The position numbers and the translations under genes were made by a program. This document shows positions 16,794-26,562 of a stretch of 64,000 nt of DNA, one piece after another. Below the pieces are notes generated by a model that searched no databases, had not been told where the DNA came from, and saw only the letters and a program-made list of their open reading frames with translations. Location of the stretch: NCBI GenBank assembly GCA_963667015.2, contig CAXXJJ010000004.1, positions 32,001 to 96,000 on the forward strand, given 5' to 3'. The stretch's first letter is position 1; each line of letters starts with the position of its first letter. The DNA is from Desulfatiglandales bacterium. Lineage in GTDB: Bacteria; Desulfobacterota; DSM-4660; Desulfatiglandales; HGW-15.

Positions 16794-19424
16794 TTATTCT
16801 TTAGCCGCCAACAGACTTTGTTTTTCTCTTATAGTCCTGATTTGCGCTTCCAGTTTTTCGGCTTCATCGATGCGGTTCATCCTGCGGAGCACTTCAGCAT
16901 ATCCATCCATTGCATCCAATACGTAGGGATGCTCAGGGCCATTTGCTTTTATGCGGATATCTATAGCCTGTTTAAAGAGCGGTTCCGCCTCCCGGTATCG
17001 TCCATGTCTCGAGTAGATGTATCCAAGGCCCGCCAGATTCCAGGCGTTCCTGGCTGATTCAGGCCCGATTACTTTTTCAATTATTTCACGTGATCGTTTA
17101 TAATAGAGCTCCGCCTTATCATCAATATTTTGCATGTAGTAGCAATATGCCAGCCCCTGAAGGCTCTCTGCAGTGTCTGCATGTTCAGGGCCCAGTAGAT
17201 TCTCTCTTATTTTGAGACCGCGTTTCATAAGAACTTCCGCATTCTGATAATCACCCAGTTCCTGCATTACTCCACCCAGATTCTGAATATAGCGGCCAAG
17301 TTCCGGGTTGTTGGGAGCGGCCTTTTCCTGGATTTTTATTGCCCTCTCTAAATAGGGCTTTGCTTCAGCCGGCTTTCCCATGTTTCGCAGTACCCATCCA
17401 AGGTTGCTCAGCACCGATGCGATATCGGTATGGTTCGGACCAAGAACTTTTTCCTGGATGGCAAGGGCTCTTTCAAGCAGTTCCTTTGCTCCTGAATATT
17501 GACCGAGGGCACAGCGTATCAGAGAGAGATTACTCAGGGTATGCGCCAGGTTAGGATGATTTTCGTCGTACAATTTTTCCCGAATGGCTAAAGTGCGCAG
17601 GAACACAGGTTCGGCTTCTGCATATTTACCCTCTATATAATATACTGTTCCCAGTCTGTTTAGTGAATCAGCGACATTCTCATTGTCCGGACCGAGAATC
17701 TTTTCATGTATTTCCAGGGCGCGTCTGATCGATTCTGTTGCTCCGTCAAAATCCTCCTGCCTTAATAGAATATAGCCCAGCTTGTTTAATGTCTCAGCCG
17801 TTTCAAGACTGTCCGGGCGGTAGATCTTCTGGGTAATTGACAGGCTGCGCTCATAGAATCTCCCTGCCTCGTCGTTTTCACCTTTTTTAGCCAGTACATC
17901 GGCAACGCTGTTCAGGCTCTTCGAAACTTCAACATGCTCATCTCCAAGTATGCTGATTCGGGTCCGGAGTGCTTTCTTTGTATATGACTCGGCCTGGTCG
18001 TACAGTCCCAGTGCCATGTACACCTTGCCTATCGTATCCATGAGACGGGCCTGCACCAGCGGCTGATCCTGCAGTTCTCTCCCGATCTTTTCGGAGCCGC
18101 GATCCAGAACCTCCCGCGCTGAAATATCGTTTCCCAGTGATTCGCCGGGATCCGAAACCTCAAACAATTGCACTAGAAAATCCGATATCTGCCTGGCGTT
18201 CTCCGCCTCTTCCATGGCGGACTTTTCCGCGCTCTTCGCCCGTATCATTCCAATCGTCATTCCGGTTATTCCGGTCAATAGCGCCAGCAGCACCAGAGCC
18301 GATGCTGCCACACCTGCCTTGTGCCTCCGGACGAACTTTTTTGCCCGGTAGATCGTACCGGGAGGACCTGCAAGTACTGGTTCGTTATTTAAATGTCTTT
18401 TAATATCCGCAGCAAGTTCCGATGCTGAAATATATCGGCGGGTTCGATCTTTCTCCAGGGCCTTCATTGTAATCCAGTCGAGATCACCATGGAGCCGGCG
18501 CTGCAGCAGCCTTTTATCTATCTGTCGATTCATGGCCGCTGTGGTGGAAACTTCCCCCAGGCGGCTTAACTGTGAACTCGGCCTGACAGGTTCCTCTTCC
18601 CTGATCCTCCTTCTTATTTCATCATAGCTCGTTTGCTTTAACGATTTGTCGTCAAAGGGCTTGATGCCGACGAGAAGCTCGTAAAGCAGAACACCAAGAG
18701 AATACACATCTGTCCTCGTATCAATATCCATGTCTGATATTCCCGCCTGCTCGGGGCTCATGTAATCCGGTGTTCCTATCATCTGACCGAACTCGGTAAA
18801 AACGGTCCGCTCCGTCAATCTTTGTGATGTTGCCTTGGCTATTCCAAAGTCGATAATCTTGGGGACAGGTCTGCCATCCTGAAAGGTTACAAGAATATTT
18901 GAAGGCTTGATATCTCTATGGATAATTCCCTTCTGATGTGCATGCTGTACTGCATCACAAATATCAATAAAAAGATCCAGCCGTTCACGGACAGGCAATC
19001 GATTTTTGTCACAATATTCAGTGATGGGATTTCCGAGGACAAGCTCCATCGCAAAGTAGGGACGGCCTTCCTGAGTGGCTCCGGCATCATAAACTCCGGC
19101 AATATTGGGATGATTCATTAAAGCGAGTGCCTGGCGTTCCGACTCAAAGCGTCTAATAACTGCCCTGGTGTCCATTCCCCATTTGATGAGTTTGAGTGCA
19201 ACCCTTCTGCGTACGGGTTTTTCCTGTGATGCTTCATAGATTACACCCATACCCCCATGTCCTAATTTCTTAAGAATCCGATAGGGGCCTATTTGTCTGG
19301 GATCATTATCTTGTATGACTGACTGCTCCCATTCGTTGGATAATGTAGCGGCTTCATCCGACCGACTCTCTTCCGGATCCGGTAATGGGGCTAGAGTCAG
19401 TGTCTCAGGAGGATCCTTGCTCAT
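16794..19424 (-). CDS. Ser/Thr protein kinase with TM helix and C-terminal TPR repeats
   Basis: GHGGMG, VALK, HRDIKPSN, DFG, GTPDYMSPEQ; ~9 kinesin-light-chain-type TPRs; start at 19424 (MSKDPP) more plausible than 19529. Confidence 0.92.
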   Translation of the reverse strand: MSKDPPETLTLAPLPDPEESRSDEAATLSNEWEQSVIQDNDPRQIGPYRILKKLGHGGMGVIYEASQEKPVRRRVALKLIKWGMDTRAVIRRFESERQALALMNHPNIAGVYDAGATQEGRPYFAMELVLGNPITEYCDKNRLPVRERLDLFIDICDAVQHAHQKGIIHRDIKPSNILVTFQDGRPVPKIIDFGIAKATSQRLTERTVFTEFGQMIGTPDYMSPEQAGISDMDIDTRTDVYSLGVLLYELLVGIKPFDDKSLKQTSYDEIRRRIREEEPVRPSSQLSRLGEVSTTAAMNRQIDKRLLQRRLHGDLDWITMKALEKDRTRRYISASELAADIKRHLNNEPVLAGPPGTIYRAKKFVRRHKAGVAASALVLLALLTGITGMTIGMIRAKSAEKSAMEEAENARQISDFLVQLFEVSDPGESLGNDISAREVLDRGSEKIGRELQDQPLVQARLMDTIGKVYMALGLYDQAESYTKKALRTRISILGDEHVEVSKSLNSVADVLAKKGENDEAGRFYERSLSITQKIYRPDSLETAETLNKLGYILLRQEDFDGATESIRRALEIHEKILGPDNENVADSLNRLGTVYYIEGKYAEAEPVFLRTLAIREKLYDENHPNLAHTLSNLSLIRCALGQYSGAKELLERALAIQEKVLGPNHTDIASVLSNLGWVLRNMGKPAEAKPYLERAIKIQEKAAPNNPELGRYIQNLGGVMQELGDYQNAEVLMKRGLKIRENLLGPEHADTAESLQGLAYCYYMQNIDDKAELYYKRSREIIEKVIGPESARNAWNLAGLGYIYSRHGRYREAEPLFKQAIDIRIKANGPEHPYVLDAMDGYAEVLRRMNRIDEAEKLEAQIRTIREKQSLLAAKE

Positions 19425-19611
19425 GTATTGCCTTTCTTTGATACTGATTTTGATACGAATTTCTTTTTGAAGAGTATATGGAGTTACGATTTTATGGTCA
19501 ACTGAAAAACAGGCTGCCGCCTTTGCCATAGCTTTTGCGCCCGGGGAATTCAGATAGTATTTGTCAGTATAAAAAACAAAGATTTCTCCTTTCAGTCGAA
19601 ATAAATATTAT

Positions 19612-19640
19612 TTGACAGCCGGTAAATTTAGCTGTATCAT
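19612..19640 (+). promoter_or_regulatory. Sigma70 promoter of the cimA leader
   Basis: TTGACA (19612-19617), 17 nt, TATCAT (19635-19640). Confidence 0.7.
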
Positions 19641-19669
19641 TCTCAAATTAATATTCAGGAAAAACTGTT

Positions 19670-19765
19670 ATGCATTTCAATTCAATAATAAACAGCATCA
19701 TAATTATCAGGGCAGCAGGGTCTACTCTCTCTTCCCTGCTGCTTTTATTTACAGGAGAGGATTAA
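19670..19765 (+). CDS. Ile/Leu-rich leader peptide MHFNSIINSIIIIRAAGSTLSSLLLLFTGED
   Basis: 31 aa, six Ile codons (three ATA) in codons 6-13, AGGA RBS, lies between promoter and terminator upstream of cimA. Confidence 0.7.
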   Translation: MHFNSIINSIIIIRAAGSTLSSLLLLFTGED

Positions 19766-19813
19766 AAAACTACCGGTTCTGGTAAATGGCATAACTTAAA
19801 TATAATAAATTAT

Positions 19814-19854
19814 AAAATCCGTTATCAGGTATTTCTGGTAACGGATTTTTTTTT
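19814..19854 (+). terminator. Attenuator terminator upstream of cimA
   Basis: AAAATCCGTTATCAG/CTGGTAACGGATTTT hairpin ending in T9 immediately before the cimA RBS. Confidence 0.8.
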
Positions 19855-19867
19855 AGGAGCAAACCGC

Positions 19868-21445
19868 ATGGCTAAAAAGATAATGCTTTATGATACAACC
19901 TTAAGGGATGGCACACAGGGCGAGCAGGTCAACCTGTCTGCCGAGGATAAATTAAAGGTCGCCCACCGGCTGGATGAGATGGGTATAGCCTATATCGAAG
20001 GCGGCTGGCCCGGTTCCAACCCGAAAGACGCAAGATTCTTTGAAATGGCTAAATCAGCTTCATTTAAAAATGCAAAATTAACGGCCTTCGGTAGTACAAG
20101 ACGCATTGGGTGCATACCCGAAGAGGACCCCAGCATACAGGCGATACTGGCTGCCGAGACATCTGCAGTAACGGTATTTGGCAAGACATGGGATCTTCAT
20201 GCCACGGAGATCCTGGGAGTTACACTTGATCAGAATCTTGAAATGATCGAAGACACAATGCGTTATCTGAAAAAAGAGGGACGCGAAATAATATATGATG
20301 CCGAGCACTTTTTTGACGGGTATAAAAACAATCCCGAATACACCATGAAGACAATAGGTGCGGCAATAGCAGGCGGAGCAGACATGATAGTGCTCTGCGA
20401 TACAAACGGAGGAACACTTACCCATGAACTGAAGGCAATAATGGATGAGGTGGTTCCGCAGGTATCACTTCCCATAGGAATTCATGTTCATGATGACTGC
20501 GGACTTTCTGTAGCAAACTCTGTTATGGCGGTAATGTGCGGAGCTGAGATGGTTCAGGGAACTATAAACGGTTATGGTGAAAGATGCGGAAACGTGGATT
20601 TGCTGGCTGTCACTGGAAATCTCCAGATCAAGATGGGATATGAATGTTTACCTGCCTATAATTTGAAACACCTCACAGAACTTTCGCGGTTTATAAGTGA
20701 GGTTGCGAATGTGCCTCCTGTCAACCAGCGCCCCTTTGTAGGTAAAAGTGCATTTGCACACAAGGGAGGGGTTCATGTTAGCGCTATACTTAAAAACAGT
20801 AAGGCCTATGAGCATATTGATCCTGAGACCGTAGGAAACCGCAGGCGTGTCCTTGTGTCCGATTTATCCGGTAAGAGTAATATCGAATATAAAACAAGGG
20901 AAATGGATATAAAACTCAATGGAGGAGGGGCGGACAGTTCAAAGGTCGTGAATATTGTTAAGGCCCTGGAAGATAAAGGTTACCAGTTTGAAGCAGCAGA
21001 GGGATCACTGGAGCTTCTTATTAAAAAGGTAACCGGACAATTCAAAGATCCGTTCATGCTTGAGTCTTTACGAGTAACCATTGAAAAGGATGGAGATAAT
21101 GAAAGCACTTCACAGGCTACAATAAAGGTGTCGGTTGGTGATGAAAAGGAGATAACAGCAGCCGAAGGGGACGGCCCTGTCAACGCACTTGATAATGCCC
21201 TGAGAAAGGCACTGTGCGGATTCTTTCCTGAAGTAAACGAGATGAAACTGGTAGACTTCAAGGTAAGGGTGATTGAGGGTACTGACGGAACAGGCGCAAA
21301 GGTCATGGTAAGAATAGAATCAAGAGACTCCAGTGAAATATGGTCAACAGTAGGTGTTTCTGAAAATATTATAGAAGCCAGCTGGCAGGCGCTGGCAGAC
21401 AGTGTGCAGTATAAGCTGCTTAAGGAGGAAAAGAAAAAGGCATAA
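19868..21445 (+). CDS. cimA: Citramalate synthase
   Basis: YDTTLRDGTQGE, GGWPGSNPKD, DAEHFFDG, AFAHKGGVH, YQFEAAEGS and C-terminal LeuA-type regulatory domain. Confidence 0.9.
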   Translation: MAKKIMLYDTTLRDGTQGEQVNLSAEDKLKVAHRLDEMGIAYIEGGWPGSNPKDARFFEMAKSASFKNAKLTAFGSTRRIGCIPEEDPSIQAILAAETSAVTVFGKTWDLHATEILGVTLDQNLEMIEDTMRYLKKEGREIIYDAEHFFDGYKNNPEYTMKTIGAAIAGGADMIVLCDTNGGTLTHELKAIMDEVVPQVSLPIGIHVHDDCGLSVANSVMAVMCGAEMVQGTINGYGERCGNVDLLAVTGNLQIKMGYECLPAYNLKHLTELSRFISEVANVPPVNQRPFVGKSAFAHKGGVHVSAILKNSKAYEHIDPETVGNRRRVLVSDLSGKSNIEYKTREMDIKLNGGGADSSKVVNIVKALEDKGYQFEAAEGSLELLIKKVTGQFKDPFMLESLRVTIEKDGDNESTSQATIKVSVGDEKEITAAEGDGPVNALDNALRKALCGFFPEVNEMKLVDFKVRVIEGTDGTGAKVMVRIESRDSSEIWSTVGVSENIIEASWQALADSVQYKLLKEEKKKA

Positions 21446-21502
21446 AGAATATAACAATCCTTTATGCCCTGAGAACTTTATTATGCGACAAAAGTTTTTT
21501 AA

Positions 21503-21820
21503 CTAGACACAACCGGTTGGTTTGGGGAGTCCGGCCATTTTACATGCGCCTTTACCCGGGCCTGATGGGAACAGCTCATAGATATATTTCAGTTTATATC
21601 CGGTTACCTTGGAAAGGATTCTTACCATTGGTGCAATACCATTCTTTTTGTAATAGTCCTGAAGAACGTTGATTACTTTCCAGTGCTCATCATTAAGTTC
21701 TTCGATTCCCTCTTCTGTTTTGCAGTACTCTACCCAGTCTTCGCTCCAGTTGTTGAAATCATCAATAAAACCGTCTTCATCAACGTTAAAAGTCTTTCCA
21801 TTAAATTCTACACTTGGCAT
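21503..21820 (-). CDS. dsrC: Sulfur carrier DsrC
   Basis: VDEDGF and C-terminal GACKMAGLPKPTGCV with both conserved Cys. Confidence 0.97.
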   Translation of the reverse strand: MPSVEFNGKTFNVDEDGFIDDFNNWSEDWVEYCKTEEGIEELNDEHWKVINVLQDYYKKNGIAPMVRILSKVTGYKLKYIYELFPSGPGKGACKMAGLPKPTGCV

Positions 21821-21883
21821 ACCCTAAAACCTCCTTTATTAACTATCTTAGTGATATTAGTGGTTTATCGTCTTATCCACGGA

Positions 21884-21912
21884 AATCTAACTTATTAATG
21901 AACTATTGTCAA
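21884..21912 (-). promoter_or_regulatory. Sigma70 promoter of dsrC
   Basis: Minus strand TTGACA (21912-21907), 17 nt, TAGATT (21889-21884). Confidence 0.55.
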
Positions 21913-21928
21913 TCAATTTATCCATATT

Positions 21929-23332
21929 TTAGTATTTTTTTTCACAAGCTTTTTTATAGATTATTGCTGTCTTTACAAGGCCTTTTCCCCAGGAATTATT
22001 TCCTGCAGCATGTATATGCGTATAGGTGGCAAAAAGGTTTTTTCGGCAGAAACCATCATTTTTGCCATCCAGGCAATAACCTCTTTCTACATCAAATACA
22101 GGGGTTATTTTTTCTCCTTCGGATATAACAGGACGCGAATAATGAAACTCATGCCCCCTGATTGTTTCACCTGTTTCATAAAAAGGGTTCGTTCTGCTTG
22201 TCTTTAAAATTGTGTATCCATGACCCTGAGGCTTTTTTTCCATGATAAATTTAATTGGCAGGGCACCTACCATTGGATAGGATTTTCCATTTAATTCAAG
22301 GCCCTGGCCAAGATATATCAATCCGCCGCACTCAGCATATACAGGTAAATCATTTTCTATCATTTCCCTTATGGAGTTCCTGAATGAACTGTTTTGGGAA
22401 AGCTGCTCCGCACAGACTTCAGGAAATCCCCCTCCTATATAAAGTGCATCAATATCGGGAAGTGCATTATCAGCGAGGGAGTTAATTTCAACAATTTCTG
22501 CTCCCAGAGTTTTTAAATTGTCTATATTTTCAGGGTAATAGAACCAGAATGCCTTATCGCGAATAATTCCGATCCTGCATGATGGAGATCCGGCCTCAAC
22601 TGTTTCTTTAATATCCAGACCTGAAGAGGGAAGAGGATCAGCCTTTTCGGCTATTTTTTGTATAAAATCAATATCGATATGGTTTTCAACAACAGACCGT
22701 GCCCATTTGACAGCTTCACTGGAATAATCACTCTCAAAGTGGGGTACCAGCCCCATGTGTCTTTCAGGGAAAGGATTATCCCTGAGTTTCGGAATAGCGC
22801 CTATCACCGGGATATTACAGTATTTTTCAATGGAATCCTTTATAAGGTTTTTCTGGCGCGCTCCTGCAACACGGTTGAGAATGATTCCGGCGATATTGAG
22901 TTCAGGGTCAAAATGCTGACAGCCCATTATCAATGCAGCAACTGTCCTCGTACACATTGTTACATCAACAATGATAATGACAGGTGATTTTGTCAGCTTT
23001 GCGAGTTCGGCAGTGCTGTATTGTCCATCAACATTCATGCCGTCAAACAGACCCCTGTTGCCTTCGATAAGAGATATATCCATATCTTTCGAGTTTTGTT
23101 CTATGGAGTTAAGTATCACCTCATCTCTCATTAGGAAAGGATCAAGGTTATGGCAGGGAGATCCTGAAGAAAAGGTCAGCCATCCGGCATCAATAAAATC
23201 CGGTCCTTTTTTAAAGGTGGATATTTTTATATTTTTGCTTATAAAGGTTGACGAAAGGCCTAGGGTTATAATAGTTTTTCCTGACCCTCCCCGGAGCGCT
23301 GCTATCATTATTCTTGGGGTGTTATTATTCAT
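21929..23332 (-). CDS. dsrN: Cobyrinate a,c-diamide synthase family, probably siroheme amidase DsrN
   Basis: GGSGKT, FKKGPDFID, EGNRGLFDG, ERHMGL, YAECGG, GHEFHYS; adjacent to dsrAB and dsrC. Confidence 0.88.
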   Translation of the reverse strand: MNNNTPRIMIAALRGGSGKTIITLGLSSTFISKNIKISTFKKGPDFIDAGWLTFSSGSPCHNLDPFLMRDEVILNSIEQNSKDMDISLIEGNRGLFDGMNVDGQYSTAELAKLTKSPVIIIVDVTMCTRTVAALIMGCQHFDPELNIAGIILNRVAGARQKNLIKDSIEKYCNIPVIGAIPKLRDNPFPERHMGLVPHFESDYSSEAVKWARSVVENHIDIDFIQKIAEKADPLPSSGLDIKETVEAGSPSCRIGIIRDKAFWFYYPENIDNLKTLGAEIVEINSLADNALPDIDALYIGGGFPEVCAEQLSQNSSFRNSIREMIENDLPVYAECGGLIYLGQGLELNGKSYPMVGALPIKFIMEKKPQGHGYTILKTSRTNPFYETGETIRGHEFHYSRPVISEGEKITPVFDVERGYCLDGKNDGFCRKNLFATYTHIHAAGNNSWGKGLVKTAIIYKKACEKKY

Positions 23333-23411
23333 ATCTTGTTTCTTTAAAATAGAGTCTTAAATTTGGGTTTTTTTATTGACAACTTTATGATTCTGGGTAA
23401 TACATACGAGA

Positions 23412-23429
23412 TTGTATTAAAATTCACAA
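23412..23429. promoter_or_regulatory. Possible Rex operator in the dsrN/dsrA divergent region
   Basis: TTGTATTAAAATTCACAA versus Rex consensus TTGTGAA-N4-TTCACAA (right half perfect, three mismatches in left half). Confidence 0.45.
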
Positions 23430-23585
23430 ATAAAAAATCAGGTAATTAGAAACTTAGTTTAAAAAAACCTTTTTTAGTAATGTTTTTTGAGTCATGGGAG
23501 GAGGTGAAGGTAGATCATACTTTATAGATCAGCCTAATAGTTTATATCACTCTAATTGTACAATTTGATAAAGGAGGCTTTAATA

Positions 23586-25007
23586 ATGGCTTTTGAACCA
23601 AAGGAAGAGCAAATTAAATTAGATTATCAAGAGCTGAGAATCTATTCCGATGAAGAGCTTAACAGCTACACGGATGAAGAGCTCAAGAATTTCAAGATAA
23701 AGCATGACATTCCAATGCTTGAAGATCTTGAAAGCGGACCATGGCCCAGTTTTGTTGCGGATGCGAAAAGACAGGCTCTTTTCAGAAGAAAACTTGCTGA
23801 TGACAGAATGATGATCGAACGCGATGTTGTCGAAGACATGCTCGGTCAGTTGGAAGTATCATTCCAGGAAGGTGAAACTCACTGGAAGCATGGCGGTATT
23901 GTAGGTGTTTTCGGATATGGTGGTGGTGTTATCGGAAGGTATTCTGACCTGCAGGAACGATTTCCTTCAATCGCACATTTTCATACGATGCGTGTTAATC
24001 AGCCGGCAAGTAAATTTTATACAAGTGATTATCTCAGATCACTCTGTGACCTCTGGGATTATCGTGGTAGCGGAATGATGAACCTGCATGGTTCAACAGG
24101 TGATATCATATTTATTGGTACATTTACAGAGCAGCTTGAGCCCATATTCTTTGAGCTGGGTCATAAACTTCAACAGGATCTTGGCGGATCAGGTTCAAAC
24201 CTTCGTACACCTTCCTGCTGTATTGGAAAGGCCCGCTGTGAATATGCATGTATCGATACTCAGGACCTCTGCTATGAATTGACTCATTACTATCAGGACG
24301 AACTCCATCGCCCTGCGTTCCCTTATAAATTTAAATTTAAATTTGATGGATGTCCGAACGGCTGCGTTGCTTCAATAGCAAGATCCGATATGTCATTCAT
24401 TGGAACCTGGAGAGATGATATTCGGATTGACCAGGAAGCAGTTCAGGCTTACATCGGCGGAGAAATTCCACCTAATGCCGGCGCTCATGCAGGTAAAGAC
24501 TGGGGTAAATTTGATATAGAAAAAGAAGTTATCAATCTCTGTCCCACAAATTGTATGTGGATGGAAGATGGTAAACTTAAAATAGATAACAAAGAGTGTA
24601 CAAGGTGTATGCACTGTATCAACGTAATGCCCAAGGCCTTAAGACCGGGTACAGATACTGGTGTAAGCATCCTTCTTGGCGCAAAGGCTCCTATTCTTGA
24701 AGGTGCACAGATGGCGCTTTTAACCATCCCCTTTATGAAGGCAGAAGCGCCTTACGATAATATCAAGGAAAATGTTATTGAGCCTATATGGGACTGGTGG
24801 ATGGAAGAAGGTAAAAACCGTGAGCGTCTTGGGGAACTTATCCAGCGTCAGGGATTACCGAGACTCCTCGAAGTTCTTAACATTCCGGCTATGCCTCAGA
24901 TGGTTAAAGAACCCCGTTCAAATCCATATATCTTCTGGAAAGAGGAAGATGTTCCAGGCGGTTGGGATAGAGACATCAATGATTATCGCTCCAGGCACAA
25001 GAGATAG
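23586..25007 (+). CDS. dsrA: Dissimilatory sulfite reductase alpha subunit
   Basis: [56 protein letters not shown] before ATG 23586. Confidence 0.98.
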   Translation: MAFEPKEEQIKLDYQELRIYSDEELNSYTDEELKNFKIKHDIPMLEDLESGPWPSFVADAKRQALFRRKLADDRMMIERDVVEDMLGQLEVSFQEGETHWKHGGIVGVFGYGGGVIGRYSDLQERFPSIAHFHTMRVNQPASKFYTSDYLRSLCDLWDYRGSGMMNLHGSTGDIIFIGTFTEQLEPIFFELGHKLQQDLGGSGSNLRTPSCCIGKARCEYACIDTQDLCYELTHYYQDELHRPAFPYKFKFKFDGCPNGCVASIARSDMSFIGTWRDDIRIDQEAVQAYIGGEIPPNAGAHAGKDWGKFDIEKEVINLCPTNCMWMEDGKLKIDNKECTRCMHCINVMPKALRPGTDTGVSILLGAKAPILEGAQMALLTIPFMKAEAPYDNIKENVIEPIWDWWMEEGKNRERLGELIQRQGLPRLLEVLNIPAMPQMVKEPRSNPYIFWKEEDVPGGWDRDINDYRSRHKR

Positions 25008-25018
25008 GAGGTTATACC

Positions 25019-26203
25019 ATGCCATTATCAACTGAAAGATTAGGACTCTATAATCCGAAAAAACCAATGGAAAACAGGCTTACTGACCTTGGCCCGAGGC
25101 ATTTCTGGCAGTATTTTCCTCCTGTAATTCAGAATAATTATGGGAAATGGGAATATCATGAAATTCTCGAACCAGGCGTCCTTGTACACGTAGCTGAAAG
25201 TGGAGATAAGGTATTTACCGTTCGATGCGGTGGCTGCCGTTTCATGACATCTGAGAATGTCAGGGAAATATGTGATATTGCTGACAAGCACTGTGACGGC
25301 TATGTAAGGTTTACTACCAGAAACAATATTGAATTCATGGTAGACAGTCAGGACAAGATGGAGGCCTTAAAGAAAGACCTCATGAGCAGAAAACATGTTT
25401 CAGGCAGCTATAAGTTCCCCATCGGTGGAACCGGTGCCGGCGTTACTAATATTATCCATACACAGGGATATATTCACTGCCATACCCCGGCCACTGATGC
25501 ATCATCAATGGTCAAGGCCGTTATGGATGAATTGTTTGACTATTTTCAGGGTATGACCCTTCCTGCACAGGTAAGGGTATCAATGGCCTGCTGTCTCAAC
25601 ATGTGTGGCGCGGTACACTGTTCTGATATCGCTCTTCTTGGATACCACAGGAAACCTCCGATAGTTGATGCTGAGGTTCTTGATTCGGTATGTGAAATTC
25701 CTCTTGTAATTGCAGCATGCCCCACAGGTGCTATTTCACCTGCAAAAACAGAATCAGGAAAAAAAGCTGTAAAGATAAAACAGGAACGTTGCATGTTTTG
25801 TGGTAACTGCTACACAATGTGTATGGCTCTTCCCCTTTCCGACTATGAAGGTGACTGTGTAACAGTACTGGCTGGTGGAAAGCTCTCAAACAGGATCAGC
25901 CCCCCGAAATTTTCCAAGGTTGTTATTCCGGCTCTACCCAATAACTTTCCGAGATTTCCTGAAACAGCCCAAGCAGTAAAGAAAATAATCGATGTTTATG
26001 CTTCCGATGCAAACAAGTATGAAAGAGTCGGTGACTGGGCAGAGAGGATCGGCTGGGAAAAATTCTTTGAAAAATGCGATATTCCTTTTAGTGAACATCT
26101 TATTGACGACTATCGTCTCCAATATGATACATACAGGACTTCAACACAGTTTAAATTTACAGAAGCCTCTTGGAATGTATCAAAGGTTGTTGGCGGCGAA
26201 TAA
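25019..26203 (+). CDS. dsrB: Dissimilatory sulfite reductase beta subunit
   Basis: [47 protein letters not shown]. Confidence 0.98.
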   Translation: MPLSTERLGLYNPKKPMENRLTDLGPRHFWQYFPPVIQNNYGKWEYHEILEPGVLVHVAESGDKVFTVRCGGCRFMTSENVREICDIADKHCDGYVRFTTRNNIEFMVDSQDKMEALKKDLMSRKHVSGSYKFPIGGTGAGVTNIIHTQGYIHCHTPATDASSMVKAVMDELFDYFQGMTLPAQVRVSMACCLNMCGAVHCSDIALLGYHRKPPIVDAEVLDSVCEIPLVIAACPTGAISPAKTESGKKAVKIKQERCMFCGNCYTMCMALPLSDYEGDCVTVLAGGKLSNRISPPKFSKVVIPALPNNFPRFPETAQAVKKIIDVYASDANKYERVGDWAERIGWEKFFEKCDIPFSEHLIDDYRLQYDTYRTSTQFKFTEASWNVSKVVGGE

Positions 26204-26237
26204 CTAATCTACCGGTAATACCGGGAGGAGAAATAAA

Positions 26238-26468
26238 ATGGAAGAAATTAAAAAAGCTATTCTGGATTTCGCAGAATCAAGTAAAAAATCTAAATTTTAT
26301 TTTAATGATATTACCAAGGCAGTTAATAAGGATTTTCCTGATGCCAAATCAAGAGAAATAAAAAAGGCTTGTACTGCGTTAATTAATGAGGAAAAGCTGA
26401 TATATTTTTCTACCGGAAGCAGTACAATGTATGGTTTGAAGGGCAGGGGCCAGACAGAAGATCATTAG
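26238..26468 (+). CDS. dsrD: DsrD
   Basis: 76 aa after dsrB; KSKFYFND and STGSSTMYGLKG. Confidence 0.93.
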   Translation: MEEIKKAILDFAESSKKSKFYFNDITKAVNKDFPDAKSREIKKACTALINEEKLIYFSTGSSTMYGLKGRGQTEDH

Positions 26469-26501
26469 GCCGTAAAACCCTTAATAATATTTAATCAACT
26501 T

Positions 26502-26544
26502 ACAGAGGTCGCTGTTCATACATATTGTTGAGAGCGACCTCTGT
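26502..26544 (+). terminator. Hairpin after dsrD (terminator or mRNA-stabilising stem)
   Basis: ACAGAGGTCGCT/AGCGACCTCTGT perfect 12-bp stem; weak U-tail. Confidence 0.55.
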
Positions 26545-26562
26545 TATTAATGAGAGGTATAA

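Noticed and set aside
19425..19529. N-terminal 35 aa of the 911-aa kinase ORF
   Set aside because: No domain content; the downstream ATG at 19424 gives a typical kinase N-terminus
14289..19536. 18-bp identity GCCTTTGCCATAGCTTTT at ~14289 and ~19519 flanking the peptidase and kinase genes (possible att or target duplication)
   Set aside because: No integrase or transposase, one copy overlaps a plausible start codon, and two copies alone cannot establish an insertion boundary
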